Below are positions 36,268-46,115 of a stretch of DNA of 64,000 nucleotides, piece after piece (within the stretch, counting starts at the first letter, position 1; every line of letters begins with the position of its first letter). The stretch comes from Thermoplasmata archaeon (lineage in GTDB: Archaea > Thermoplasmatota > E2 > JACPAO01 > JAHFTW01), in NCBI GenBank assembly GCA_034667725.1, contig JAXDQS010000003.1:448001-512000 (forward strand). Direction: 5' to 3'. Made by a program: the position numbers and the translations under genes. The notes beneath the pieces are model-generated. The model was not told the origin of the DNA. It did no database searches and worked only from the letters and a program-made list of their open reading frames with translations.

Positions 36268-37422
36268 TCAGGCGCCCGAAAAGCGTTGCGAGCGGCGGCG
36301 GGCGATGGCCGCGGCGCCCAGCACGACGAGGGCGGCCAGGAGGCCGGCGGGCGCGGGGACGTTGACGGGGCGGGCGACGGGGTCGTTGGCGACGGCGACC
36401 TCCTTGCTGCCCAGGGGCGCGGTGACGTTGATGGTGTGCTCCTGGGACGACCGGAAGACGCCGCCGTCGATCTGGCGGGCGCCCATGTAGTGGTTGAGGA
36501 ACTCGGCCTCGACGTGGACGGTGTTGTTGCCCTTGCGCCAGCCAGCGTGGCTGGAGTCGGCGGTCCAGCGGCCCTCCTTGGGCTCCATCGTGATGGCGCC
36601 CTTGCCGTCGGCGTGCACCAGGCGGACGGCGCGCAGGCAGGGGTGGGCGCGCGCCAGGTCGTCCTGGGTGCAGGCGTGCAGCGCGGGCGAGGGGGCGGCG
36701 TCCAAGGTGGCGACGATGCTGTCGCCGCTGAGCTCCAGCCGGCCGCGCGTCTCCAGGGTGAAGGCGGCGCCGCCGACGGTGAAGGTGAGGTTGGCCGCGG
36801 TGGCGTGGCGGCGGTCCTGGGCGGTGGCGCGCACGACGTACTCGCCGGCGGCCGCCGCGTCGAGGCGGGCCTCGTAGTGGCCGTCGCGCTCGGTGGGCTG
36901 GAGCTGCACCGGCACGGCGGCGCCGTCGCGCAGCACCGACAGGCTGGGGGCTTCGGCCTTGGCGTTGTCGGTGGCCAGCACGTGGATGGTGACCAGGCCG
37001 CCGGGGGCCTGAACGGGCGGGTCGACGGACAGCTCCAGGTGGGGGGCGGAGAAGTCGGAGACGGGCGGGTTGATGGCGACGATGAAGAACGCCAGCCACG
37101 CCATGAAGAACATCGAGGCGGTGCCGAACCATTCACGGCGCTTGAAGTGGGCCACGTCGGCGCCGAGCCTGGGGAACAGCCACCGGAGGCCGAGGCCGAA
37201 GGCGCCGCACAGGGCGAGGCCGCCGAGCCAGCCGGTGACCTGGTTGCCATTGAGCGACGCATACAGCGCCCAGGAGGCGGCGGCCGCAACGACGGCCCAC
37301 CCGATCAGGATGGCCGTGGTCTTGAACGACACGATCTCGCGGTGGATGAACGTGTCCTCGTCGAAGTCGGGCAGCTTGAACTCGTACTCGCCCTCGGTCC
37401 CCGGGACCTTCTCGTCCGCCAC
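36268..37422 (-). CDS. Membrane protein with Ig-like ectodomain and C-terminal anchor
   Basis: YEFKLPDFDE N-terminus, three TM helices, C-terminal VPAP-TM-RRR; GTG start inferred. Confidence 0.75.
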   Translation of the reverse strand: MADEKVPGTEGEYEFKLPDFDEDTFIHREIVSFKTTAILIGWAVVAAAASWALYASLNGNQVTGWLGGLALCGAFGLGLRWLFPRLGADVAHFKRREWFGTASMFFMAWLAFFIVAINPPVSDFSAPHLELSVDPPVQAPGGLVTIHVLATDNAKAEAPSLSVLRDGAAVPVQLQPTERDGHYEARLDAAAAGEYVVRATAQDRRHATAANLTFTVGGAAFTLETRGRLELSGDSIVATLDAAPSPALHACTQDDLARAHPCLRAVRLVHADGKGAITMEPKEGRWTADSSHAGWRKGNNTVHVEAEFLNHYMGARQIDGGVFRSSQEHTINVTAPLGSKEVAVANDPVARPVNVPAPAGLLAALVVLGAAAIARRRSQRFSGA

Positions 37423-37444
37423 GGGCGCGGCGACGGAGGGTCCA

Positions 37445-37453
37445 TTTAAAAAA
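37445..37453. promoter_or_regulatory. Bidirectional TATA box
   Basis: TTTAAAAAA between divergent starts 37422 and 37481. Confidence 0.6.
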
Positions 37454-37480
37454 GGCGGGGCGGGGTCGCCGCGCGCTCGC

Positions 37481-39535
37481 ATGAAGGCCGGGATGACGAA
37501 CGTGGACGTGGCGGCGCTTGCGAGCGAGCTGGCGTCCCTCGTGGTGGGCGCCCGGGTGGACCGCGCCTACCAGCCCGGCCGCGACGTGATCCTGCTGCGG
37601 CTGCGGCGCAAGGGCACCGGCAAGGTGGACCTGCTGTTCGAGCTGGGCAAGTTCCTCACGGCCACGCGCCGGCCGCCGGAGAACCCGGACAAGCCGAGCA
37701 TGCTGGCCCAGGTGCTGCGCGACAAGCTGGAGAACGCCCGCGTCGTCGGCTTCCGCCAGATCGGCTTCGACCGTCTGCTGCGCATGGACCTGGAGCGCGG
37801 CGACGGCCCCCGCAGCGTCGTCTTCGAGCTGTTCGGCGACGGCAACCTGCTTCTCCTCGACGCCGCCGGCGTCATCGAGCTGCCGATGCGCGGCAGCGAC
37901 TTCGGGGCCCGCCGCCTCCGCAAGGGCGAGCCCTACGTGGCGCCGCCGGGCGCCTCGCTGCCGTTCGGCCTCGACGTGGCCGCCCTCCAGGCCGCCTCCG
38001 CCGGCAAGCGCGACCTGGTGCGCTTCCTCGCGGTGGACCTCGGCTTCGGCCCGCTCTGGGGCGAGGAGCTGGCGCTGCGTTCCGGCGTCGGCAAGAACCT
38101 CCCCGTCGCGCAGCTGGACGCCGCCCAATGGCTCCGGGTCCACGCCGAATTGCAGCGGCTGGGCGGCGACATCGCCCGCAACGACCTCGCGCCCGCCCTC
38201 GTCCACCGCGCCGGCGAGCAAGTGGACGCCGTGCCGTTCGCCATGCTGCGCTACCCGTCCCCCGAGTTCAGCCACGAGGAGGCCCCGAGCTTCCGCGAGG
38301 CGCTGGACGCGTTCTTCGTCGGCGGCCCCGAGTCGGACGAGGAGGGCGACGAGCCCGACGACCCGCGCCGGGGCCGCTACGAGGAGGCCCGCGCCAAGGT
38401 GCTGCGGCAGGTGCAGCAGATGGACGAGGCCATCGGTCGCTTCGTAGAGGAGGAGGCGGAGCACCAGCGCGACGGCGAGGCGGTCTACGCCAGCTTCACC
38501 CGCGTCCAGGCCATCCTGGAGGCGCTGCACAAGGCGCGCGCCGAGCGGCCGTGGACCGAGGTGGAGGCCAGGCTGGCCCAGGGCCGCGCCGAGGGCAACG
38601 CGTTCGCCCTCCAGGTCCCGGAGCTGCGGCCGCACAACGGCACCGCCGTGCTGGAGTTGGCGGGCGCGGAGGGGGAGCCGCGCCGCGTCGAGGTCGATTT
38701 GCGGCTGACGGTGCAGCAGAACGCCGAGCGCGCGTTCGACGCCGCCAAGAAGGCCCGCAGCCGCCGCGAGGGCGCCGAGGCGGCCCGCAAGGACGCCATG
38801 GCCAAGCTCGCCGCCATCGAGGCCGCGGGCCTGGACGCGTTCGGGGCGGCGCCGCAGCGGGTCGAGCGCACCAGCCGCCACTTCTGGTTCGAGTCCTACC
38901 GCTGGACCCTGACGCCCAGCGGCCTGGTGGCGGTGGGCGGCCGCAACGGCGCCCAGAACGACGCCGTCGTCAAGAAGTACCTGCGCGAGGGCGACCGCTA
39001 CGTCCACGCCGAGATCCACGGCGCCCCCAGCATCGTCGTCCGCCCCGCCGAAGGGGTCGCCGCCGACATCAGCACCGCCGACCTGCGCGCCGCCTGCCAC
39101 TTCGCCGTCGTGTCCTCCCGCGCCTGGCGCCAGTACGGCCCCGCGACCGCGTACTGGGTCAACGCCAGCCAAGTCTCCAAGACGCCCCGCAGCGGCGAGT
39201 TCGTCCCGCGCGGCGCCTGGATCATCCATGGCAAGCGCAACGTCGAGCCCGACCTGCCGATGCAGTGGTGGGTCGCCTTCGTCGAGCTGCGCATGGACGG
39301 CACCCCGGTCCCCAAAGGCACCGACGCCGGCGGCCGCACCGTCCGCAAGCTGGTCGGCGCCACCCTCGACTCGCTCCGGCCCTACGCCGACAAGGCCACC
39401 CCGATGCTGCCCGGCCCCATCGGGCCCGCCGACGCCGCGCAGTGGCTGGTCGCCAAGTACGGCGTCACCAACGAGGAGGCCGCCGCCGTGCTGCCCGCGG
39501 GGTCGGTGCAGTTCCTCGAGGACGTGGCGCTGTGA
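37481..39535 (+). CDS. rqcH: Ribosome quality-control protein Rqc2/RqcH (NFACT family)
   Basis: MTNVDVAAL, QIGFDR, ELFGDGN, coiled coils, NFACT-R motif WFESYRW..GGRN..VHAEIHGAPS, QVSKTP.SGEF. Confidence 0.93.
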   Translation: MKAGMTNVDVAALASELASLVVGARVDRAYQPGRDVILLRLRRKGTGKVDLLFELGKFLTATRRPPENPDKPSMLAQVLRDKLENARVVGFRQIGFDRLLRMDLERGDGPRSVVFELFGDGNLLLLDAAGVIELPMRGSDFGARRLRKGEPYVAPPGASLPFGLDVAALQAASAGKRDLVRFLAVDLGFGPLWGEELALRSGVGKNLPVAQLDAAQWLRVHAELQRLGGDIARNDLAPALVHRAGEQVDAVPFAMLRYPSPEFSHEEAPSFREALDAFFVGGPESDEEGDEPDDPRRGRYEEARAKVLRQVQQMDEAIGRFVEEEAEHQRDGEAVYASFTRVQAILEALHKARAERPWTEVEARLAQGRAEGNAFALQVPELRPHNGTAVLELAGAEGEPRRVEVDLRLTVQQNAERAFDAAKKARSRREGAEAARKDAMAKLAAIEAAGLDAFGAAPQRVERTSRHFWFESYRWTLTPSGLVAVGGRNGAQNDAVVKKYLREGDRYVHAEIHGAPSIVVRPAEGVAADISTADLRAACHFAVVSSRAWRQYGPATAYWVNASQVSKTPRSGEFVPRGAWIIHGKRNVEPDLPMQWWVAFVELRMDGTPVPKGTDAGGRTVRKLVGATLDSLRPYADKATPMLPGPIGPADAAQWLVAKYGVTNEEAAAVLPAGSVQFLEDVAL

Positions 39536-40584
39536 GGCTGCTGCGCAAGTCCATCGCCGAAGGCCTCCTGGTGCTGCGCCTCGACGCCCTCGACGACCTC
39601 TGGACCCTGCGCAACCTCATCGGCGAAGGCGACCTCGTGGCCGCCGACACCGTCCGCACCGCCGAGTCCCCCGGCGACAAGGTGCGCGAGGCCAAGATGG
39701 AGAAGCGCCGGATGCGCCTCGGCGTCCGCGCCATCCAGGTCGAGTGGCACTCGTTCGACGACCACCTGCGCGTCCTCGGCCCGATCGAGACGGGGCCGCA
39801 GGACCACGGCCGCCACCACACGCTCGCGCTGCGCCCTGGCGACGAGGTCGAGATTCAGAAGCGCCACCCCATCGCGGCCTGGCAGCTTCGCCTGGTCGAG
39901 GAGGCCGTCGCCCAGAGCCAGGCGCCCCAGGTGCTGCTGCTGGCCATCGACGACGCCGAGGCGCAGTTCGCCCACCTCAAGGCCTACGGCCTCCAGCTCC
40001 TGGGCAGCCTCCCGTCCGCCGGCCAAGGCAAACGCCACCCGGGCGCCGCCGAGGCCAAGCGCGCCTTCTACGACGAGGTGCTCCGGAGCCTCCAGCTGTT
40101 CCGCGCCGAGGGGACCCCGCTCGTGGTGGTCGGCCCCGGCTGGTGGCGCGAGGAGTTCCTCGCCCACGCCCGCGACAAGGCCCCGGCCGCCGTCGCCGGC
40201 GCCATCACCGACGGCACCAGCCAAGGCGGCCGCGGCGGACTGCAGGAGGCCCTCCGCCGCGGCGTCGTGGACCAGGTCGCCCGCGACCACCGCGTCGCCC
40301 GCGAGACGGCCCTGGTCGAGCGCGTCCTGGAGTCGATCGCGCGCGGCGACGGCCTGTGCGCCTACGGGCCCGCCGAGGTGGCGCGCGCGGTGGCGGCGGG
40401 AGCGGTGGACGACCTCCTGGCCAGCGACGAGGCGGTGCGCACCGGCAAGGCGACCGCGCTTCTCCACGCCGCCGAAGCGGCCCGCGCGCGCATCCACATC
40501 GTCTCCGGCCTGCACGACGCCGGCTCCCGGCTGGCCCAGATGGGCGGCCTGGCGGCGCTGCTGCGGTTCCGGCTGGATTCCTAA
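39532..40584 (+). CDS. pelA: Pelota (ribosome rescue factor)
   Basis: DDLWTLRNLIGEGD, LRVLGPI..GRHHT, VVGPG, AYG..EV..A..GAV, QMGGLAALLRF; GTGA overlap with rqcH. Confidence 0.93.
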   Translation: MRLLRKSIAEGLLVLRLDALDDLWTLRNLIGEGDLVAADTVRTAESPGDKVREAKMEKRRMRLGVRAIQVEWHSFDDHLRVLGPIETGPQDHGRHHTLALRPGDEVEIQKRHPIAAWQLRLVEEAVAQSQAPQVLLLAIDDAEAQFAHLKAYGLQLLGSLPSAGQGKRHPGAAEAKRAFYDEVLRSLQLFRAEGTPLVVVGPGWWREEFLAHARDKAPAAVAGAITDGTSQGGRGGLQEALRRGVVDQVARDHRVARETALVERVLESIARGDGLCAYGPAEVARAVAAGAVDDLLASDEAVRTGKATALLHAAEAARARIHIVSGLHDAGSRLAQMGGLAALLRFRLDS

Positions 40585-41216
40585 GGCTCGGGCGCGGTCG
40601 CGGGCTCGACGGCGAGGCCGTAGTCGGCACGCGCCTCCAGCGAGACGCTGGCGCCGGCGCCGACGGGGTCCTGCCGGACCCGGATGGTGTAGCTGCCCGG
40701 CTCGGGCGCCTCGCCGGCGTCCAGGGTGAAGCTGTTGGGGGAGCCCGCCACGCTCGACATGTTGTCGACCACGGCGCCGTCGGGGCCGAGGAGCTCCACC
40801 ACGAGGTTGTGCGGCTGCGCCGAGGTCACCGCGACACTGCCCTTGACCGACACGACGCCCTCCTCGACGACGACCTCCAGGGAGACGTCGTTGCCGACCG
40901 CGGGCGGCAAGGCTGGGCCCAGGGTGCCGGTGCTGGAGGTGATGTAGATGCTGTCCGGGTCGGCGGTGTTGTTGGCGCCGTCCTGGTCCAGGTCGTCGTC
41001 GCCCAGGTTGGGCTTGCCGTCGTTGTCCAGGTCGCCCGTGGCGTTCAGGTCGGGGTAGCGCGCCTTGAACAGCTGCGCCGCGTCGGGCGTCGGGCCCCCG
41101 CCGCCGATGGGATCGACGGCCGCCTCGTTGTTGTACTCATACACGAAGACGCCCACCATCACGACGGCCAAGAGCGCCGCGCCCACGATGCCCACGACAG
41201 TGTCGGTCGAAACCAT
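40581..41216 (-). CDS. Membrane-anchored extracellular protein with DxDxDG Ca-binding motifs
   Basis: N-terminal TM; DLDNDGK and DLDQDG; beta-sandwich C-terminus. Confidence 0.75.
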   Translation of the reverse strand: MVSTDTVVGIVGAALLAVVMVGVFVYEYNNEAAVDPIGGGGPTPDAAQLFKARYPDLNATGDLDNDGKPNLGDDDLDQDGANNTADPDSIYITSSTGTLGPALPPAVGNDVSLEVVVEEGVVSVKGSVAVTSAQPHNLVVELLGPDGAVVDNMSSVAGSPNSFTLDAGEAPEPGSYTIRVRQDPVGAGASVSLEARADYGLAVEPATAPEP

Positions 41217-42103
41217 CAGCCCAGCTTCTCCGCGGTCACTTCGAAGCGGGTGTAGGAGAAAACCCCGACGGTGAAGCTGTTGCCGACGTCATGCCGCGCC
41301 GGATCGGCCTCGCCGCCGACCTCCTGCCGGCACGCCGCCGCGCGCTGCAGCTCGTCCGGCGTCGAGTCGGCGGCCGGCAAGGGGCAGTCGCCCGTGGCCA
41401 CGAGGTCCACCCGCACCCGCCACTTGCCCGCCGTCGGCACCCCCATGTCCGCCGACAGCTTGGCGACCACGTCCGCCTCCGTCGTGGCCGGCCCGCCCAC
41501 CGCGATCAGGTCCGCCGGCTTCGGCCGCTCCGTGCTCAAGACCCAGTCGGCCGTCTTCTCCTGCGAGATGTACTGGCCCGGGTTCTCCAGGTCCGCCTGG
41601 GCCGGCAGGTTCGACATGTAGAGGGTGCCGGGCAGGAAGTCGCCGACGGCGTCGTACACCTCGACCTTGAACCGGTCGGGCTCGCTGGCCACGATGTCGT
41701 CCGTGAAGTTGAGCTGCAGCCGCACCGCGAACACGTTGTCGTGCGGCACCTCGAAGAAGAAATCCTTGTGGCTTTCCGCGTTCGACAGGTCGTCCAAGGC
41801 CTGCGTCTGGCCCACCAGGTCCTCGGTGTGGTCCGTGAACGTGACGCGGAACTGGCTCGGCACCTCGTCCGGCACCGGCAGCAGCAGCACCAACGCAACG
41901 CAGCCCGCAAGCAGCAGCGCGCCCACGACGCCCGCGCCGATGTCGAAGCCGCGGCCCGGCGCCTTGGTGCGCACGGGGCCGGCCGCAGGGGGCGCGGCGG
42001 GGGCTGCCGCAGGCGGCGGCGCAGCGACGGCCGGCGACGCCGGGCCAGGACGAAGCACGACCGAGGAACGGACTTGGCGCGCGGCCACGTCCTCGTTTGA
42101 CAC
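41216..42103 (-). CDS. Single-pass membrane protein
   Basis: Pro/Ala-rich N-terminus, TM helix, acidic ectodomain; stop overlaps the next ATG. Confidence 0.7.
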   Translation of the reverse strand: MSNEDVAARQVRSSVVLRPGPASPAVAAPPPAAAPAAPPAAGPVRTKAPGRGFDIGAGVVGALLLAGCVALVLLLPVPDEVPSQFRVTFTDHTEDLVGQTQALDDLSNAESHKDFFFEVPHDNVFAVRLQLNFTDDIVASEPDRFKVEVYDAVGDFLPGTLYMSNLPAQADLENPGQYISQEKTADWVLSTERPKPADLIAVGGPATTEADVVAKLSADMGVPTAGKWRVRVDLVATGDCPLPAADSTPDELQRAAACRQEVGGEADPARHDVGNSFTVGVFSYTRFEVTAEKLG

Positions 42104-42192
42104 TTGGAAGGTTCATGATGCTTTTGCACGCGTCGTGCAACAGTCCCCCGACGCGGTGCGTTCATCAAGCACGCCCGGCTCGCCGCCGCCAC

Positions 42193-42265
42193 AGCCCCGT
42201 AGTCTAGTGGTCAAGGATAGGGGACTTTGGATCCTTTGACGTCGGTTCGAATCCGACCGGGGCTA
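42193..42265 (+). tRNA. tRNA-Gln (UUG)
   Basis: AGCCCCG/CGGGGCT acceptor stem (A1-U72, archaeal Gln), anticodon loop CTTTGGA, T-loop TTCGAAT. Confidence 0.93.
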
Positions 42266-42395
42266 CTCAGGCGGCGGGCGCGGGGCGCCACGCCGCTGGT
42301 GAGCCGCCGGCGGCTTCGGGGTTGCCCGCTTCGCATCGCAACCGCATCGGGAACGCCCTCCGGGGCGTTTCCTCGCCGCATCCGACCGGGGCGCG

Positions 42396-43703
42396 CTAGT
42401 CTTCCTTCCGCAGCGGCCTCAGCACGCCCGCCATGACGGCGGCGGCCAGGATGGCCAGCACCGGCAGGGGGAAGGCGTCGCGCGGCTGGCGGACGCCTGC
42501 CGGCGTGTCGGCGGCCTGGCCGCGGGGCGCGGGGTCGTTGGCTTCGGCGGCCGGGGCGACGGCGCCCCCCGTGTTGGAGACGAGGTTGGCCGGGACGATG
42601 ACGGTGGGCGTCCCCGTGGGCCGGGGGATGGTGGTGGCTCCGGCGGCGGGGGCGGCCGTGGCGGCGGGTGACGAGGTGGCCGCGGCTGGCGTCGCCTCCG
42701 CCTGGGTGGCGGCGCTCGTGTTCGAGGCGGTGGTCGTCGTGGTGGCGGGCGGCGGGGTGGTGCCGCCGGCCTGGGCGGGCGTCTCGACGGGCTGGTCCTC
42801 GACGACGGACTCGGGCGTGGCCGCTTCGGGCGCGGCGACGGACGTGGACATGACCTGGAGCGTGGGGGCGGCGCCGGGCAGCAGGGGCAGGAGGATGGGC
42901 GTCGGGGAGCCGGGGACGATGGCGGTGGCGTTGTCGATGCCTTGCGGGACGGTGCCGTTGGCGGTGGCGACCAGCTCGACGACGGCGGTGCCGTTGGCGA
43001 GGTCGAGGTCTTGCGGGCGCAGCACCACGACGCCGCCCTGCCGAATGAACTCCAGCGGGAGGGGGCGGCCGTCCTTCAGCACGAGCATCAGCGACTGGAC
43101 GACGGGGGCGGTCGCGTTGGTGGTGGCGTTGCTGGTGCCGTTGAGGATGGGCTTGGCCGATCGGACGGGGCCCGTGTAAACGAGGACTTCCGGCTTGGCG
43201 GCCTCGACGGGCGGCGGCGTGGGCTGGACGGGGACGTCGGGGATGGCGTCGCCTTGGTCGAGGCCCAGGCCGCCGGCCAGGCCGTTGCCGAAGCCGTTGC
43301 CGGAGGAGGCGTCGGCGCCGTTCGCGGCCGCGTCCTGCTTCTCGAGGAACGCGACCAGGCCGAGCGCCAGCGCCATGCCGAGCATGAGGGCGAGGGCGGC
43401 GACGGCGAGGACGAGGTAGAAGCGGACGCGCTGGGGCTCCAGGATGGAGCGGCCGCGCTGCGACAGCGAGTAGTAGACCCAGCGCCGCTCGGGGTCGTCG
43501 AACCGGTCGATGAGGCCGGCCTCCAGGAGCTTCTTGAGGTGCTCGGACACGGCGGGCTTGCCGAGCTCGAGGCGGGTGGCCAGCTCGGCGCCGGTCATGC
43601 GGCGCTCGGCAAGCAGGCGCATGATTTCGCGCCGGGACTCGCTGGAGAGCACCTTCAGAAGGGCGTCGTCCAGCGGCAGCTCAAGGACTGCGGGCGCGGT
43701 CAT
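42396..43703 (-). CDS. ArsR-type HTH, TM helix, Pro/Thr/Ala-rich ectodomain, C-terminal TM anchor
   Basis: LKVLSSESRREIMRLL..TGAELA..VSEHLKKLLEAGLI..WVYYSL; TM follows; C-terminal PLPVLAIL..RPLRK. Confidence 0.8.
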   Translation of the reverse strand: MTAPAVLELPLDDALLKVLSSESRREIMRLLAERRMTGAELATRLELGKPAVSEHLKKLLEAGLIDRFDDPERRWVYYSLSQRGRSILEPQRVRFYLVLAVAALALMLGMALALGLVAFLEKQDAAANGADASSGNGFGNGLAGGLGLDQGDAIPDVPVQPTPPPVEAAKPEVLVYTGPVRSAKPILNGTSNATTNATAPVVQSLMLVLKDGRPLPLEFIRQGGVVVLRPQDLDLANGTAVVELVATANGTVPQGIDNATAIVPGSPTPILLPLLPGAAPTLQVMSTSVAAPEAATPESVVEDQPVETPAQAGGTTPPPATTTTTASNTSAATQAEATPAAATSSPAATAAPAAGATTIPRPTGTPTVIVPANLVSNTGGAVAPAAEANDPAPRGQAADTPAGVRQPRDAFPLPVLAILAAAVMAGVLRPLRKED

Positions 43704-43887
43704 GCAGGACTCCCATGCGAAAGGGGCCATATCAAGCGTAGGGATGGTGTTCGGTGGGCGCCGAACCTATCGTTCTCCTTCTGATGGCCCCCGGTTTGGC
43801 GGGTCCCGAACCCGGTTTCGGCGCCCGCCGGCCCGGCCGCGATGGGAAAAGCGCAAAAAGACCCCCGCCCGTGGGCGCGCCGTCGCG

Positions 43888-45048
43888 ATGCGCATCGCCA
43901 TCTTCACGGACTCCTGGCTGCCGCGCGTCGACGGGCTCACGACCAGCGTCCAGGGGTTCAAGTCGGCGCTGGAGCGGCGCGGCCACGAGTTCCACGTCTT
44001 CTGCCCGGGGCCGAAGTGGGAACGCACGGCGGACACCACGACCTACAAGGGCGTCCCGTTCTGGGGCTACCCCGACTTCCGCATCTCGTGGCGGTCGGGC
44101 GGCCATGACACGGCCAAGATCCTGCGCGACGAGGGCTTCGACCTGGTCCACATCCAAAGCCCGTTCCTGGTCGGATTGTGGGGCCTGCGGGCCGCCCGCA
44201 AGGTCGGCATCCCGGTCATCACCAGCTACCACACCTACGTCCCCGACCTGGTGCCCTACGTCGTCCCGCCCGGCTTCCGCGGCATGAGCCAGAAACTGGT
44301 GTGGCGGCTCACCGAGACCTTCTTCCAGCGCTGCGACTGCGTCCTGGTCCCGTCCCCCAGCTGCGCCCGCGAGCTGTTGGAGCATGTGCCGCACCACAAC
44401 ATCCCCAATCTCGAGGTCCACGCCAACGGCGTCGACACCGACCGCTTCCACCCTGGCGCCCGCAGCGACCCCATGCGCGCCCGCCTCGGCCCCCCCGGCA
44501 GCAAGATTCTGGTCTCGGTCGGCCGCCTGGCCCGCGAGAAGGACGTCCCGTTCCTGCTGGAGGCGGTCGCCTTGGCCCGCGCCCGCGAGCCCCGCCTGCA
44601 CCTGGCCATCGGCGGCCGCGGCCCCGAGCTGCCCCGCATCGAGGCCCGGATGCGCGACCTGGGCCTGGAGGAGCACGTCACCTTCCTCGGCTTCATCCCC
44701 GACGCCGACCTCGCGATGGTCTACGCCTCGGCCGACGCCTTCGCCAGCGCCTCGCAGTTCGAGACCCAAGGCATGACCGCCGTCGAGGCGATGGCCTGCG
44801 GCACCCCGGTCGCCGCCGTCCGCGCCCGCGGCCTGGCCGACTACGTCCTGCACGGCCGCACCGGCTTCCTGTTCACGCCGGACGAGCCGAAGGACGCCGC
44901 CGAGGCCATCCTGCAAGCCGTCCACGCCGGCCCCGAGGCGCGGCAGGCGGCCCGCGCCCACGCCGAGACCCTCAGCCTGCAGGAGTCGGTCGACCAGCTC
45001 GAGGCGATCTACCGCCGCATCGCCGCCGGCCGGGCCGCGTCCTCGTAG
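43888..45048 (+). CDS. Glycosyltransferase family 4
   Basis: MRIAIFTDSWLPRVDG, YHT, NGVD, VGRLAREK, ETQGMTAVEAMACG. Confidence 0.93.
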   Translation: MRIAIFTDSWLPRVDGLTTSVQGFKSALERRGHEFHVFCPGPKWERTADTTTYKGVPFWGYPDFRISWRSGGHDTAKILRDEGFDLVHIQSPFLVGLWGLRAARKVGIPVITSYHTYVPDLVPYVVPPGFRGMSQKLVWRLTETFFQRCDCVLVPSPSCARELLEHVPHHNIPNLEVHANGVDTDRFHPGARSDPMRARLGPPGSKILVSVGRLAREKDVPFLLEAVALARAREPRLHLAIGGRGPELPRIEARMRDLGLEEHVTFLGFIPDADLAMVYASADAFASASQFETQGMTAVEAMACGTPVAAVRARGLADYVLHGRTGFLFTPDEPKDAAEAILQAVHAGPEARQAARAHAETLSLQESVDQLEAIYRRIAAGRAASS

Positions 45049-46115
45049 GCCGCCAGCACGCCGCGGGCGATGGCGTCCCAGTCGAAGCGGGCGGCCTGCG
45101 CCCGGCTCGCCGCCGACGCGCGCGAGCGGGCGGCCGGGTCCGTGGCCAGCCGCGTGATGGCCTCGGCCCACCGCCGCGGCTCGTGCGGCAGCACCGGGCC
45201 GGCGGCGCCGACCACCTCCGGGATGCCGCCCGCGTCGGCGGCGACCACGGGGGCGCCGCACGCCATGGCCTCCAGGATGCTGATGCCGAACGCCTCGTAG
45301 CGCGCCGGGTGGACGTAGGCGACGGCGCCGCGCAGCAGGGCGTCCTTCTCCGCCTCCTGGATCCAGCCGAGGAAGCGGACCCGGTCGGCGACCCCGAGCC
45401 TGCGGGCCTGCGCCTCCAGCCGCTTGCGGGCGGGGCCTTGGCCGGCGACCAGCAGCTCCAGGTCCCGGGGCACGTCGGGCCAGGCCGCCACCAAGGTGTC
45501 GAGGCCCTTGACGCGCACCACCCGGCCGACGGCGATCGCGTAGGGCTTGGGGCGTTGGGCGGCGGGGCCGTCGGGCTGGGGCTCGACCGCGTTGTGGCTG
45601 ACCCGAAGCTTGTCGGCAGGGCCCCCGTGGGCCTCCAGGTCGCGCCGCAAGAAGTCGCTGACGCACAGGACGCGGCGGGCGTGCCGGAGGGTGCGCATGA
45701 ACATCCGGTCGTTGGCCCGGCTGGCGAGCCCCAGGAGCCCGCGCCCCTCGCCGTAGGTGTTGTGGTAGGTCAGGACGCCCGGGCAGTCCAGCTCCCGGAA
45801 CGCCTTGCTGTAGCTCGGGGACCAGCGGAAATGCAGGTCGACGACGTCCGGCCGGATGTCCCGGATCGCCTGGCCGAGCCCCTTGGTCACCACGGGCGGC
45901 GGATTGTAGAACCGGCGCAGCGGGAAGCTGGACGGCAGCCGATGGACCTGCATCCCGTCCTCCTCCGTGGTGCCGGGCACGGAGCCGGGCTGGGCGGCCG
46001 TGACGACGTGGACCTCGTGGCCCCAGGCCGCCAGCCGCCGCCCCACCGCGCGGATGCGGCGCTCGATGCCGCCCGCGTAGGGAAAGTAGAACGGGTTGAG
46101 CTGGACGACGCGCAC
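45009..46115 (-). CDS. Glycosyltransferase family 4
   Basis: PYAGGIE, VGRVVRVKG, EAFGISILEAMACG, GGIPEVV. Confidence 0.93.
   Translation of the reverse strand: MRVVQLNPFYFPYAGGIERRIRAVGRRLAAWGHEVHVVTAAQPGSVPGTTEEDGMQVHRLPSSFPLRRFYNPPPVVTKGLGQAIRDIRPDVVDLHFRWSPSYSKAFRELDCPGVLTYHNTYGEGRGLLGLASRANDRMFMRTLRHARRVLCVSDFLRRDLEAHGGPADKLRVSHNAVEPQPDGPAAQRPKPYAIAVGRVVRVKGLDTLVAAWPDVPRDLELLVAGQGPARKRLEAQARRLGVADRVRFLGWIQEAEKDALLRGAVAYVHPARYEAFGISILEAMACGAPVVAADAGGIPEVVGAAGPVLPHEPRRWAEAITRLATDPAARSRASAASRAQAARFDWDAIARGVLAAYEDAARPAAMRR

Noticed and set aside
35070-42265. Integrated element between the two tRNA genes
   Set aside because: No integrase, the contents include core genes (rqcH, pelota), and there is no compositional shift.
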